A DNA stretch of 64,000 bases from Thermodesulfobacteriota bacterium (GCA_034189385.1 JAXHVD010000007.1:1-64000), one strand, 5' to 3'; positions 38,401-51,000 are shown, counted from the stretch's first letter. The notes: generated by a model from the letters alone, not told the origin. A program made the numbers and translations.

Positions 38401-41400
38401 CTGACTCAGACCGATCCCCTCGGTAACGTGACTGGCAACACCTACAACAGCAACGACAATCTTCTCACCACCACGGATCCATTGGGCAATGTCACGCAAA
38501 ACACTTACGATGAATTTGGCAATCTGCTGTCGACGATAGCTCCCGATGGAACGAAGACGCACTTCACCTACGATGCCAGTGGGAATCTGCTGACGATTAC
38601 CGATGCGGCTGGAAATCTGACCCGATTCGACTACGACGGCTCCGGCAACCTCATTAGCCAGACGGATGCGACCGGCCATGTCACGAGCTATACGTATGAT
38701 GCCAACGGCAATCGACTGACTGAAACCACGACGTACACAACTCCCGCCGGTGTCCGCACGGTCACAACCCGGATGGAATACGACGGCGAAAATCGAGTCG
38801 TCAAGGTAATCGATGCGGAAGGTCATGTCACATTGACCGAGTACAACGAATTCGGCAACCGCGTGGCCACGGTTGATGCGCTCGGACGACGTACCCAATT
38901 CGTGTACGACCAGCGAGGACTCTTGACGGACACCCTATATCCCGACGACACGCCGGGGATTGATACGGACAATCCGCGAACTTCCTCCGTCTTCGACGCG
39001 GCTGGCCGCGCGATCACGACCATTGACGAGCTGGGACGGGAAACACACTTTGTCTTTGATGCCGTAGGGCAACTTGTGGAAACTGTCTACCCGGATAACA
39101 CACCGGCCGATTTGACCGACAATCCTCGGACGATTACCGAATATGATGCAGTGGGCCAGGTGCTCGCACAGGTTGACGAACGCGGTAATCGCACCGAATT
39201 CACGTACGACGCAGCGGGACGGCAAACCAGAGTGCGTGACGCGTTGGGCAACGAGAGTATGACGGTTTACGATGCCGCGGGCCTAAAAATCGCTCAACTT
39301 GACGCGCTCGGCCATACTACATCGTTTACCTGCGACGCGACAGGTCGTCCCACGACGACAACGTTTGCCGACGGTACGAGCACCTCCACTACCTTTGACG
39401 ATATTGGCCGAGTTGTCGAGCGCACGGATCAAACCGGGCGAACGACCGGCTTTGAGTACGACGCCCTTGGACGGTTGACTGCTGTGGTGGACGCCTTGGG
39501 CCAACGCACCGAATACGCTTATGACGAGATGGGCAACCTTGTGCGGCAAACTGACGCCAATGGCCACAGCACAACGTATGCGTACGATGCGCTGGGCCGC
39601 CGAGCCGCCACGGTCTTGCCTCTCGGTCAGCGGTCGACGACCACGTACGACGCCGTCGGCAAAGTTGCATCGACCACGGACTTCAACGGTCAGACAATGT
39701 CTTATGTCTACGACATGCGAAATCGGCTCATTGAAAAGCATTTCGGCGATGGCAGCGTGGAAACGTTCACTTACGCCGAAAACGGACTCCGGTCGACTAC
39801 AGTGGACGCCCGGGGGACCACAACGTGGATCTACAACGAGCGCGATCGCCTGGCATCACGCATCGATCCAGACGGCCGCACGATTTCCTACACGTACGAC
39901 GAAGCCGGTAACCGCACTTCGGTGGCGATACCGTCCGGTACGACAACCTACACCTACGACGCGTTGAACCGACTGGAAACGGTGACCGATCCCGATTTGA
40001 ACGTGACGACGTACCACTACGACGCCGTCAGCAATCTCGTCCGGACGGACTTTCCGAATAGCACGGTGGAAACTCGCAGCTATGATGATCTGAACCGACT
40101 CATCAATCTAGCAACGACTGGCCCGAGCGGTATTTTTACCAGCTACGAATATCAACTGGACGACGTTGGCAACCGCACGTCGGTCGCCGAGCAAGACGGC
40201 CGGCGAGTGGAGTACGACTACGACGCGCTTTATCGGCTGGTGGGCGAAGACATCTTTGATTTGGGTGAGCTAACACCGTCGCGTTCGATCGATTACACGT
40301 ACGATCCGGTCGGCAATCGACTGTCACGCACAGATACCGCCGAGGGATCGACGGCTTATACTTACGATGAAAACGATCGTTTGTTGCTCGAAACGCTGGC
40401 GAGCGACGCGACGGAACGAACCTACGATGACAACGGCAACCTTCTTTCCCGAAGCAGGAACAGAGTCGATGAGGTTTTCTACCATTGGAGCCAGGAAAAC
40501 CGTTTGGTGGGCGTCGATACCAACGCCGACGGCGCGGTTGAAGTAACAAACAACTACGACGTCGACGGCATCCGTGTCGCCCAGACCGTTAACGGCGAAG
40601 AAATACGTTTCCTGATCGATCGTAACCGCCCATTTGCCCAAGTGCTCGACGAGTACACACCGGGCGGCATCATCAAGGTTTCTTACGTCCATGGGTTGGA
40701 CCTCATCTCCCAGAACCGCGCCTTAGATGGAACCAGTCACGAAAAGACTTTCTACAACAACGACTGTCTCGGCAGCACACGGGTGTTGACAGACCCAAAC
40801 GGTGATGTGGTCAATCGCTACACCTACGATGCGTATGGGCGGACGATCATGGAGAGCGGGGTGACGGGGAATGTGTATCTGTTTGCTGGGGAGGCTAGAG
40901 ATTTCAATGTTGGGTTAGATTATCTGCGTGCTCGGTGGATGAATCCGAGTGTTGGTAGATTCGTTTCGCGTGATCCATTGCTCTCATCTCTCACATCACC
41001 GACGATGCTCCGGAGTTACCTCTATGCTGGAGGAAATCCGGTAAACTACGCCGACCCCAGTGGTTTGTGGACCTTGCCGGAGTTGATGGTAAGCGTTGTC
41101 ATCGTCTCGATCTTGACACAATTGGCGTTTGAGTCGCACACCAGTAGGGCGGCGGACATCGCCTACTGGGCGAATCCAGAACGGATTCTAACCGACCCGA
41201 AGGTAAGAACGGCAATGGTGTCAGCGCTAAACGAGACAGACCCGGACCCAAGAAAACTGGGCGATGAAAGGGAGCAGGGAGGATCAATCGTGCTGGCCAA
41301 AGGCGGATATCGAGTTGTGCGGTGGCCCGCCTACGCTGATAGCGAAATACGAGCCGTCAAAGTAAAGGGCGTGATCGCCACCTTCCACACACATCCCGCA

Positions 41401-41742
41401 GCGGTCTTGGGACCGGACGGAACTGCGTTTGTACCCGTGGATGGACCCTCACGACTTGAGCACTTTCAATTTTTTGGCAACGATGTTGGCAATTTTGCTG
41501 CACATCCGGAGGTGTGGGGCAGGGTCAGCTTCGTCCTGGAAAAATGGAATCTAGACACGCTTATTGAGCCTTTTGCTTCGCAAGCGTGGGACGCTTATAA
41601 CAAGAGAGTGACACACTACCAGCAGCTTGGTTGGCGATACTATGAGCCGGTCGCCCCAAGTATTCATGTGCTGCGTCGCAACCCTGCTGGTGGCGGAGTT
41701 GACACTTCACTCGACTTGTCGCTCTCACTAATCGGATATTAG
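35443..41742 (+). CDS. Rhs/YD protein 2: same N-terminus as Rhs1, different core, JAB/MPN-like C-terminal domain
   Basis: GTG start with AGGAG RBS; YD repeats; YLFAGEARD..YLRARWMNP..NPVNYADPSG; C-terminus EREQGG..IATFHTHP..GPS. Confidence 0.9.
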   Translation: MTRWKRSSLFQFVAKVVVFCMVIQGWPWWELSRAYKWEFEPQKLQRILDTVSTILSPRDASAAIPPNPHEYIINQIPENFVHISESGEPVTLDDNQDDNEPAGTVSIGFGFEFFGTTYTTVTISENGYITFGVLSDPDNVSIPTQETPNSLIAPFWDDLNPEHNPDSAIYFETLGTAPERQFVVQWNDVPLNADAGSRLTFEAILFEGTNEIQFQYLFLEDGTGQSGSGAVSGSSATIGIESPDGNEGKEISYNLEGAVTEGDAFSFTLGKNPFETGRLLGDRDADDVITILDQSLLSKTIAAFRTPYPSLDLMLSDMAPRPGLEGQPFGDKFIDDWDHGLMSHVILEREDLNPLLAEISYQIAQIGDELILSGSGFAPVAEDNTIVFVDVNGNETAVPAAWVDPAGTELTVTIPAGLEYIVQIKVIRNNQPSNSILFVLEGTPVITRLLPATGKINSTVRIRGHEFGLSPEDNVVTFNGEEAMVIDARADGFLDELEVIVPDAATSGPVTVTVAGETSNAVPFSVRQDLDVYITTPETDSEITAPVSIVGTAWDDNLDYYVLQYAPVGSTDFTQFAKSASSVEDGDLGTFDPTLLENGIYTVRLTAYDTEEDPNSRSVEVQYLVTGNLKIGNFTVSFVDLAIPVSGIPIQVIRTYDSRTRGQERDFGYGWTLSLKTFPKIEKNTEEGRSWKKFVDSSGLFPVYCIQGRRAHFVAVTMPDGRTLEFDFTPEPSCQQLYPIEQTTAAYTARPGTAATLDPVGDTDLIVYEGNLCTFDFEIYDPQEFILTLADGTSYQLKIGEGVSQVEDRNDNTLTFTDDGIIHSSGKSVLFERDDEGRITKITDPNENFMTYTYDIKGDLVTFTDREEHSTQYTYDDHYLMDIIDPRGVRAIRTEYDDNGRIISTTDAEGNMIELTHDIHNRQEVVRDPLGNPTIYEYDEQGNVVAETNALGHRTQCAYDEDDNLIGETDALGHTTTYTYDARGNQLTQTDPLGNVTGNTYNSNDNLLTTTDPLGNVTQNTYDEFGNLLSTIAPDGTKTHFTYDASGNLLTITDAAGNLTRFDYDGSGNLISQTDATGHVTSYTYDANGNRLTETTTYTTPAGVRTVTTRMEYDGENRVVKVIDAEGHVTLTEYNEFGNRVATVDALGRRTQFVYDQRGLLTDTLYPDDTPGIDTDNPRTSSVFDAAGRAITTIDELGRETHFVFDAVGQLVETVYPDNTPADLTDNPRTITEYDAVGQVLAQVDERGNRTEFTYDAAGRQTRVRDALGNESMTVYDAAGLKIAQLDALGHTTSFTCDATGRPTTTTFADGTSTSTTFDDIGRVVERTDQTGRTTGFEYDALGRLTAVVDALGQRTEYAYDEMGNLVRQTDANGHSTTYAYDALGRRAATVLPLGQRSTTTYDAVGKVASTTDFNGQTMSYVYDMRNRLIEKHFGDGSVETFTYAENGLRSTTVDARGTTTWIYNERDRLASRIDPDGRTISYTYDEAGNRTSVAIPSGTTTYTYDALNRLETVTDPDLNVTTYHYDAVSNLVRTDFPNSTVETRSYDDLNRLINLATTGPSGIFTSYEYQLDDVGNRTSVAEQDGRRVEYDYDALYRLVGEDIFDLGELTPSRSIDYTYDPVGNRLSRTDTAEGSTAYTYDENDRLLLETLASDATERTYDDNGNLLSRSRNRVDEVFYHWSQENRLVGVDTNADGAVEVTNNYDVDGIRVAQTVNGEEIRFLIDRNRPFAQVLDEYTPGGIIKVSYVHGLDLISQNRALDGTSHEKTFYNNDCLGSTRVLTDPNGDVVNRYTYDAYGRTIMESGVTGNVYLFAGEARDFNVGLDYLRARWMNPSVGRFVSRDPLLSSLTSPTMLRSYLYAGGNPVNYADPSGLWTLPELMVSVVIVSILTQLAFESHTSRAADIAYWANPERILTDPKVRTAMVSALNETDPDPRKLGDEREQGGSIVLAKGGYRVVRWPAYADSEIRAVKVKGVIATFHTHPAAVLGPDGTAFVPVDGPSRLEHFQFFGNDVGNFAAHPEVWGRVSFVLEKWNLDTLIEPFASQAWDAYNKRVTHYQQLGWRYYEPVAPSIHVLRRNPAGGGVDTSLDLSLSLIGY

Positions 41743-42035
41743 GAGCATGATCGAAATCGCGCCGTTGCTGAGCGGGACGGATGCCCCACAGACAGGCAAG
41801 CAACCGACGGTTCTCAACAGCGACGGCGATGAGGGAGCGGTTTAAGCGATCGGGGGACTACCCCGGTGTCGCATCTTAATTAATTACTATTGCTGTTAAG
41901 TAAGACTGTTTGGGAGAAAGAACAGTGTCAGATCTTGAATATTGACTATTTCACACTATCAACTTCTTAGTGTTTCAGGTTGAAGCCTGTATGCTCGTGA
42001 GAACGTGACTTCGGTTTGAAAAAGGAAAAGAGGAC

Positions 42036-45000
42036 ATGAAAAGGACTCGCTTGGAATTCAGGGCGATGGTGACGGGCTTATGTTCGTTTGTAATGGTAGG
42101 TATTCTGATTGCTGCAATACCTGCCTATGCTCGGACCCTTGGCATTCGTTCGGCTATAGTTGCGCCCGGAGAAGAAGTAACGATCCCGATCGAGATATCA
42201 GCCGACGTTTTGGATGTGGTGGGGTTCCAACTGGATCTTGAGATGGCGGGTCCTCAAAGCGTGGGTCTTTTGCTGATCAATGAGATCAGCAAGGGCACAG
42301 CCGTAACTACTACCTCTGATTTGGACTCCAATCCGCTGCCGCCGACTCACCAGGGAATGCGCATTCTGCTGCCCACGGAGATCCCTGCCGTTGGCGAACC
42401 TATACCTGAGTTCGATGGACCGGGAGTAATTGTCGATGTTCAATTCCTCGTGCCTGGGGATGCAGAAGTGGGACATGCTTTCCACCTTGACTTGAGTAAT
42501 GTCATCCTTGCAGGCCCTGAAAACGAGCAGATTGATGTAACGGTTTTTGACGGCATCCTGACAGTGGGTGCTGTCACCGTCTTGCCTGATACCATTAGCG
42601 CTCCTCCGGAAATCAGTCTGAGTGAAGAGGTCAAAGAAGAGCAACTAATCGTCACCGTAACAGGATCGGGTCAGCCCATTCCAGGTGTTGGGCTCAACTT
42701 CAGCGTTGATGATCCTGCCGTGGTTTCTGTCAGTGAAGAAACAGCAATAACGGGACCTGACGGCACAGCTGCTGTGAACGTAACGGGGCTCAGAGATGGC
42801 AGTACTTTCGTGCACATCTCATCCCCCGGTCTGGAAGAAGCCACTACAGCGATTACAGTATCCTGGGAGAGCCCCATCATTACCTCCACACCGCCTCTGG
42901 AGGCGGCTCAGGGCTCAACATACACATATGACGTGGAGGCCATAGACCCTCAGGGCCAGACGGTGACGTATGCATTGTTAAGCGCTCCGTCGGACATGTC
43001 CATCGAGTCAAGTACAGGACTCATCACATGGGCCGTGCCGGCAGACCAGCCTGAAAGCGGCAATGATGTGACCGTTGAGGCCCGAGATCCTGACAACAAC
43101 ACGGATACCCAGTCGTACAGCATTCTTGTCACCGAAGCTGCTCAAGATGCTGACGAAGACGGATATGATAGCCTGGTGGACTGTGATGACAACGATCGAG
43201 ACGTAAATCCTGGCATGGAGGAAGTGCCTTACAATGGGAAGGATGATGACTGCAATCCCGATACGCCGGATGACGATATTGATAGGGATGGCTACCCTGA
43301 AGACACAGACTGTGATGATAACAACCCATCCGTGAATCCGGGCGCCGTGGAGATTCTCTGGAACGGGCTTGACGATGATTGCGATCCAGCCACCCTCGAT
43401 TACGTGGACAATGACGAAGATGGATACGTGCCTATCCAGAACCCGCACTACCCCAATCCGGCAGATTGCGATGACAACGACCCCGATATTAATCCGGGCG
43501 CCGTGGAAATACCTTTGAACGGCATAGATGAAAACTGTGACGGTTCAGATGGCCTGCTCAAGCCCTTCGTCGTGGCTATCGATGACGGGGCCAGGATTTA
43601 CTACGCAAAGAGCAATGGTGATGGCACATTTAGCGATTACCGGTTCATTCAAGACATCGGGGGGTACAACGCCAGGGCCGTTGCCATGGCTGATTTCAAC
43701 AACGACGGCAATCTTGATTTAGTTGTCGGCGGAGGGGTGAACGGTCGTGTTGACTACTTCCTCTTCTTAAACGACGGAACAGATCATTTCTTCAATCAGG
43801 GAATCGTGGCGAGCCACGCAGTGTCCGGCGAATGGGCCATGGACATGACAGCGGAGGACATCAACAACGATGGCTGCATGGACTTTGTTGGCGGGGTCCA
43901 TTCAGCCTCGGTCATCGTAGCCTTGGGTGATGGTAACGGTGGTTTTGCGTCATCAGTGATCGATCTTGGAGGCTACGGTCGGGGCTGCGACGTGAGTGAT
44001 TTCAACAGGGATGGCAATGTGGACCTTGTGCGGGGCAGATATGACGATGGCCATGTGTATGTCTATCTCGGCAACGGCGATGGGACTTTTGGCTCCGGCC
44101 TGCTGGTTGGCGACGTGGGAAGTGACCCCTATGGTGTGGTGGCCGCAGATTTTGACAATGACGGCCTGGTGGACATTATTGCTAATGACAGTTCCGGCGG
44201 AGATCCTTTTCTGTTCACGGGCGATGGTAATGGAACGTTCATTGACTCAGGTTATGTAGAGACGCTCGACAATGGCATTCGTAGCGCATATGATGGTTAT
44301 GATTTTGATAATGACGGCAATGTTGATGTCATAGTGTGTGACGACTCCGGACGAAAAATCTGGTACTACCCGGGCAATGGTGACGGGACCTTCGGAACCA
44401 GGATTCAGATCAATCCGTCCAACACGAAAAATGACGTCTTGGGCAATTCAGCCCCGCCCTACCGTCCCTTTGGAACCCCTTACGCCATCATCAAGCCCCC
44501 TGAGCAGACCATCCTCCTGGGCAGCGCTGCGGAGTTCGACGGCTCTGAGTCCAACGACAATGATGATGGGGAACTCGTGAGTTGGGTCTGGAATTTCGGA
44601 GATGAAAACACGGGTACCGGGGAGACCATTTCTCATACCTACGATGGAGAGGACACCTACAACGTCACATTGAAGGTGACAGACGATGACGGCAAAAGCG
44701 CTATTGGCGTGGCAAAGGCCTACGTCCAGGCGAATCCTCCGGTGGCCAATGCAGGCGGGCTTTACGTCTTTGACGAGACCTTTGCGGATCATGGCGAGTA
44801 TATAGTTACACTGGATGGCAGCGCTTCTACCGACGACTTCGGGATCGTGAAGTACGAGTGGGATTTTGAATCGATCTTTGGGGATACCTTTGAGGGAACC
44901 ACCTTGGACACCTCCAAGTGGATCGCCAGCGCCGGGGTGAGCCAGAACGAGAAGGCAACCATTGCTGGAGCCGGTTCCTGGGGCGACCGCTATCTCTTCA

Positions 45001-48000
45001 GCCAGCGAGACTTCTCAAGGGAGGAAGGGCTGACCTTCCAGGCGCAAGTTCGGCCTGTGAACACCTCTGGCAATCAGTACGGTATGTTTGGCCTCAAGGA
45101 TACCGGCAGTAATTACAGCTACACCCAGATGCCCCATGCCATCTACTTTAGAAATGGAGAGATTCGTATTCTTGAAGACGGTACCACTAAAGTTACTTTT
45201 GGCAGCTATACACGGAATGTGGAATATGAGATCAAGATCGTGCTTAAGGCGGAAGGGGCGTCTTACTACCTCCGGGAGGCAGGAGGACCGTTGTGGAACC
45301 TTATCTACAATTCATCATACTCCAGCCTCTCCCCGCTGAAAGTGGGGATGACGATCAACGCAGGCACATTTGAGTTGGACGATGTAAACGTTTCTCTCGT
45401 CCTAGAGGGTGTCAATCCTGTGGGGATCCTGACAGAGGGCCACTACCCGGTGACGCTTACGGTGACCGATCTGGCAGGGCAGCAAGACTCAGAGGCCACC
45501 ACCGTGGATGTTGTTCCCAGCAGTCCGCCGGTGGCGGACCCGGGAGGACCTTACGTTGCGGATGAAGGAAGCGCCCAAGAGGGCATCTGGACAGTCACCC
45601 TTGACGGCGGCGGCTCTTCCGACGATTACGGCATCATCAAGTATGAGTGGGTTATAGAAACGTCAGACGGCAGCCAAGTAGAACGCACAGAGGTCTCTCC
45701 CACCCTCACTTACGACGCTGTGGGGACCTATATGGTTACCCTAACGGTGACGGATAATGCCCTTCAGACCCACACCGCCCAGACCACACTAGACATTGTG
45801 GCCAATGACCCGCCTGTGGCTGATCCTGGAGGACCGTATTTTGCTGATGAGACAAATGCAACAGGGGGATTCTGGCCGATAGCCTTTGACGGCAGTGGCT
45901 CTTCTGATGTTCACGGAATCATGAAGTATGAATGGGATTTTGATGCCTCAGACGGGATCCAGGTAGACGCCACAGGGGTTTCAACAAGCGCCATATACGA
46001 CGCTGAAGGAAGCTATACGGTTACGTTGAGCGTAACGGATCATGCCTTGCAGACCACCAGCGCACAGACGACGGTCACCATTGACCTTTCCGCAAATGAA
46101 CCCCCCACCGCAGACGCGGGCGGGCCTTACAACGTGAACGAGGCGGCGGCAGAGTCAGGCTGGTGGACCGTAGAATTCGATGGGAGCCAGTCCTCCGATG
46201 CCGAGGGGATTGCCAAGTACGACTGGGATTTTGGTGATGGAAGCACACTCACCACGTGGGGCCAATACAGGCATAACTTCTTTGAGGCGGGCACACGGCT
46301 CTATGGCTACGATGTAACGGGGGCCAGTCTTTATGTCATTGCTACGGAGGACAATACCACCGTGCAAATAGTGAATCTTGACAACGGTGAAGTCACAGTT
46401 TCCACCACCCTTAACAAATATGAGATGTCGGGCGGCTTGGCCCCTGGAAATGGCATCTATTTCAAGGTGGAGGCTAACAAGCCTGTTCTGGCCTATGAAA
46501 CGGATCTGGACTGGTCCCATTCGACCTTTATTCCCTCCCTGGAAGAAGGCCCGGTGGGCCGCGAGTTTATCCTCTACAAGTTCGGTGGGCTGGGCTTCTA
46601 CGTCTTTGCCGTGGAAGATACGGTGGTTCGCCTGTACCACTCAAATGGCAGCCTGGTGGAAGAGCGCAGCATGACCGCAGGTTCTTACTGGGAAGTGGGC
46701 TACCGCAACGCTGTCTATCACGTTATCTCCACGGGCAGGATTGCCATGCAGAATGTGGGCGGCAACGGCTACACCACGGTTCCCTCAACTTCCGGCGGTG
46801 GCGTAGGTCGAAATTTTTATTGTGCTACCCACGGCAACCACACCGGCGCCCTGGCCATATTCGCCTATGAGGACGCCGATGTCACTGTCTATAACCTGGA
46901 CTCCTCAACTGTCCTGTGGACCCAGACCATCCCCAAAGGCGGATACTGGTGGAAGATCAATGTTGGTACGAGGAGGCTCAGAATCGAAAGCACTGGCGAC
47001 ATAGAGGTCTGGGCAGGTGATACCGAACGTTTAGGCTATAACAGGATCATTGATCTCGGAGATGACATCTCTTTTGCCGGAGGCAGGGACGGCAAAGAGT
47101 TTTATCTTCACGGCCTGATGGCCGGCGCCGTCATCTTTGCACCTTTTGACAATACCGCGGTCACGGTGAACGGTGCGTTTCATAGCCTGAATGCTGACGA
47201 ATACCACCGTCTCTCCGGACGGACATTTTACCATGTCGTTTCCACGAAGCCGATCATCATTCAGACGTTGGGGGAGTCCACGGGCTTCAATAACCTTGGA
47301 ACCTATCTGGGCGGCATCACTGAAATCACCAAGGTGACCCACAAGTACAACGCCGTGGGTGATTATAGTGCGACCCTCACCGTCCATGACCACGGGGACC
47401 GATCTGACTCGGCTACCACGACTGTGACCGTAGGATACTCAGACCCGCCTGTGGCTGATGCGGGTGGCCCTTACGAGTTTGGAGAAGAAGTGGCGAAAGA
47501 CGGCAAGTTCATGGTCACCCTGAACGGCACGGGGTCTTCTGATGACTATGGCATTTACGCCTATGAATGGGACTTTGGTAACGTCTTTACAGAAGGCTTT
47601 GACGGAATGACCCTGGATGAAGAGAGATGGGATGCAAGTGACGGCGTCAGCCAGGATGACATCATCACCGTGACCGGAACCGGCACATGGGGAGAGCGCT
47701 ACTGCTTCAGCCAGAAGAACTTCGAGAGGGAAGGTGAAAATACCTTTACGGTCCGGGTGCGCTTGCCCAGTGGGGTAACCACGAAACTGATGTGGGGTTT
47801 AAAGAACAACAGCCCAGATTTCAGCTATACCCACATGCCACATGCCATTTACCTTAATGACGGCACATTCGCCATCTATGAAGACGGAACCGATCGAGGA
47901 GATTTCGGCAGCTTCAGCAAAGATCAGTGGTACGATCTCAAGATCGTACTCATTCCCCTTCAGGGAGCGAGCTATTACTACAGGCCCTTCGAAGAGACTG

Positions 48001-51000
48001 AATGGACCTTCCTGTACGGCTCACACTACGCCACCCGGGCCACTCTCTTTAAGGTGGGGTGTACCGTATATTCCGGCACCGCTGACATGGACGATGTTCG
48101 GGTGGAGACCAGAGGGGTTGGAGAAAGGGTCATCCATGCCTATGACGCCCTTGGCACGTATGAGGTCACTCTCAAGGTGACAGACCATGTCCTCCAGGAA
48201 GATAGCGACACGACCACAGTTACCATCTCCGCAGGTGAGCCCCCTGTTGCAGATGCCGGAGGCCCATACACGGGCGAGGTGCACAGCTTCATTCCCTTTG
48301 ATGGCGGGGGCTCCACAGACGATACGAACATCGCCCGCTATGAGTGGGACTTTGGGGACGGACATACCGGCCGAGGAAGACAACCCAGGCATTTCTACAC
48401 GGAAGAGGGCACGTACACCGTGACCCTTACCGTGTATGACAACCTGCTCCAGTCAGACACAGACGAGACCACCGTGACCATCGGCACAGGAAATGCGCCC
48501 GTGGCAGAGGCCGGTGGGCCCTACGCGGGCGGTGTTGGCGGCCCGCCTGCGTATTTCGACGGGTCGGGCTCCAGCGACGATTGCGGCATCTTGAAGTATG
48601 AATGGGATGTGGACGGTGTGAAGCTTTACGGCATGAGGCCTGTCTACACCTACGCGGCCGCCGGCACGTACCAGGTGACCTTGACTGTGGAGGATGGAGC
48701 AGGACAGACAAGCACGGATACGGCCGAGGTGGAGATTTACGCCAACCTCCCGCCAAAGGTCATTTGTGTACCATGGGTGGGAAGGGACGTCAAGTTCCCC
48801 CACGAGACCTGGAACGGCAAGGAAATCACTCTCAAGGGTGTTGTCAAGGATGCGGATGCGGTGAACTTCAGATGGGATTTTGGGGATGGGACGTCTTCCC
48901 CGACCATGAACGTGACAGACCCCTATGACCTCTCAGTCAAGCACACCTATCCTGACTCGCCCCATGAAACGCCATTTGTTGCGACCCTGACCGTTTGGGA
49001 TAGCAGCGGGCAGTCGGGATCAGACACGTACAACGTTTTGGTTAAGGAGAAGACACTGGATGTTGAAGTGAATGTAGGCATTGATGAGGGCCTCTGGTAT
49101 CTGCACACCACCCAGAACCGAAGCGGTGCATCCGGTTGGTGGAGATACGACTATGAGGGTTATGACTTCTACGCGTCATCCATAGGATCAGCCCTTCAGG
49201 CCTTTCAGATCAACACCCATCATGAAACCGGTGATCCTGGTGAAGACCCCTACGTGGAGACCGTCAGCCGGGGAATGACCTATCTGCTTGGCATTCTGCG
49301 CTCAAAAGGGATCGGTCTTCAGACCCACGGAGATCCGGATACCAACGGCAATGGCATCGGCATTGAAGGCCCCGGTATACGAAAACCCTATGAGCTGGGC
49401 ATGGTGATGATGGCCTTTGCCTCCTCCGGCACCCCGCTGGCCATTGCCCACTCAGGAGGAGAAAACATCCTCGACCGCTTCTATCATGACATCCTAACCG
49501 ATATGGTAGACATGTATGCTTGGGGGCAGCTGGACTCAGGCGCCCGTACCGGTGGCTGGCGCTATAGTTGGAATGACTATGCTGACAACTCTGCCAGCCA
49601 GTGGGCGGCCCTGGGTATGGAGGCTGCCGAAGAGGCCTTTAATCTTGTGGTCCCCGGGTGGGTCAAAGAGAAGAACCTGGAATGGCTGGCTTTCAGCGAT
49701 GATGGGCCCCGCTGGGGCTACCACAATTACGAGCCGCCTATATCAGGGGGTTACGTGGCGTGTACGCCTTCCGGGTTGGCCCAGCTTGCCTTTGACGACA
49801 TTCCCGCCACAGACTGGCGCTGGATCAACTCAGAGAGCTACATGGCCAGTGTCTGGGACTCCTGGTACAAGAACACGAGAAACTATTATGCGCTCTATGC
49901 TCTGGCCAAGGCTTTCAGGATTGCACAGCCTTACGAGGTTTCCATCATCGGGGAACACACCCCATGGAGCATAGACTGGTATGGGGATCCTGAGCGGGGA
50001 GCGGCCAGAACCGTGCTGGATGACCAGAAGGAGGATGGCTCCTTTGGCGGCGAGGGGCAGGGCACGCTTTGGGTTCGGGAAGGACCTCTCCGGACCGCAT
50101 GGGGCGTGTTGATCCTTACTCAGACGCTTTTTGTGAAGCCTCCGGTGGCTCTGGTTAACATTGAACCCAATCCCGGTGCAACAGGGATGCCAGTCACACT
50201 GGATGGCTCCGACTCCTATCATAACGATCACTTCAGAAGCATCGTGCGCTATGAGTGGGATGTGGATGAAGATGGCATATATGATTACTCTGACGATGCA
50301 CCTACTGCAATGCATACATATGACGAGGCGGGTATCTACACCGTAACCCTTCGTGTGACTGACGACAATGACCCGGAGAAGACCGACAAAGCCTCGGCAA
50401 TTGTCACAATAACCGAGGGGGCTCACCCGCCGGTTGCAGTGCCTGGCGGGCCTTACACCACCATGGCCGGCATTGCTACCACCTTGGACGGCAGTGGCTC
50501 CTACGACATCGACCCCGGAGACCAGATTGCCCGTTTCGGTTGGGAACTCGACGGAATTTACCCCTACGACTTTGACGATGCTGTTGGGTCGCATCCGATC
50601 TATGTCTGGGATGCCGTGGGTACCTACAACGTGGGGCTCAAGGTGTGGGACGACGGCGTCATGAACGACCTCAACCACAACGGTGAGGTAGATGAAGAGG
50701 AGCGGCTTTGGGATATTCAGTGGACAACCATCGAGGTGCTTGTGAATACGTCGCCGGTGGCTGATCCCAATGGGCCTTATGAAGTGGATGAGGGAAGCGA
50801 ACTGACCTTGGATGGCACGGGATCGAGCGACCCTGATGGCCACCCACTGACCTATGCCTGGGATCTGGACAACGACGGTGAATACGACGATGCCACAGGG
50901 GCCACTCCCACACACACCTGGCCGGATGACGGGACCTACACTATTGGCCTCAAAGTGTCTGACTCTTCGTCAGACGATACGGCTACCGCCACGGTCACTG

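Noticed and set aside
41747..41845. 32-codon ORF after Rhs2 as an immunity gene
   Set aside because: Too short, poor RBS spacing, low-complexity product
49830..50915. 361-aa antisense ORF in the giant gene
   Set aside because: Antisense shadow of a codon-biased gene; no recognisable motifs
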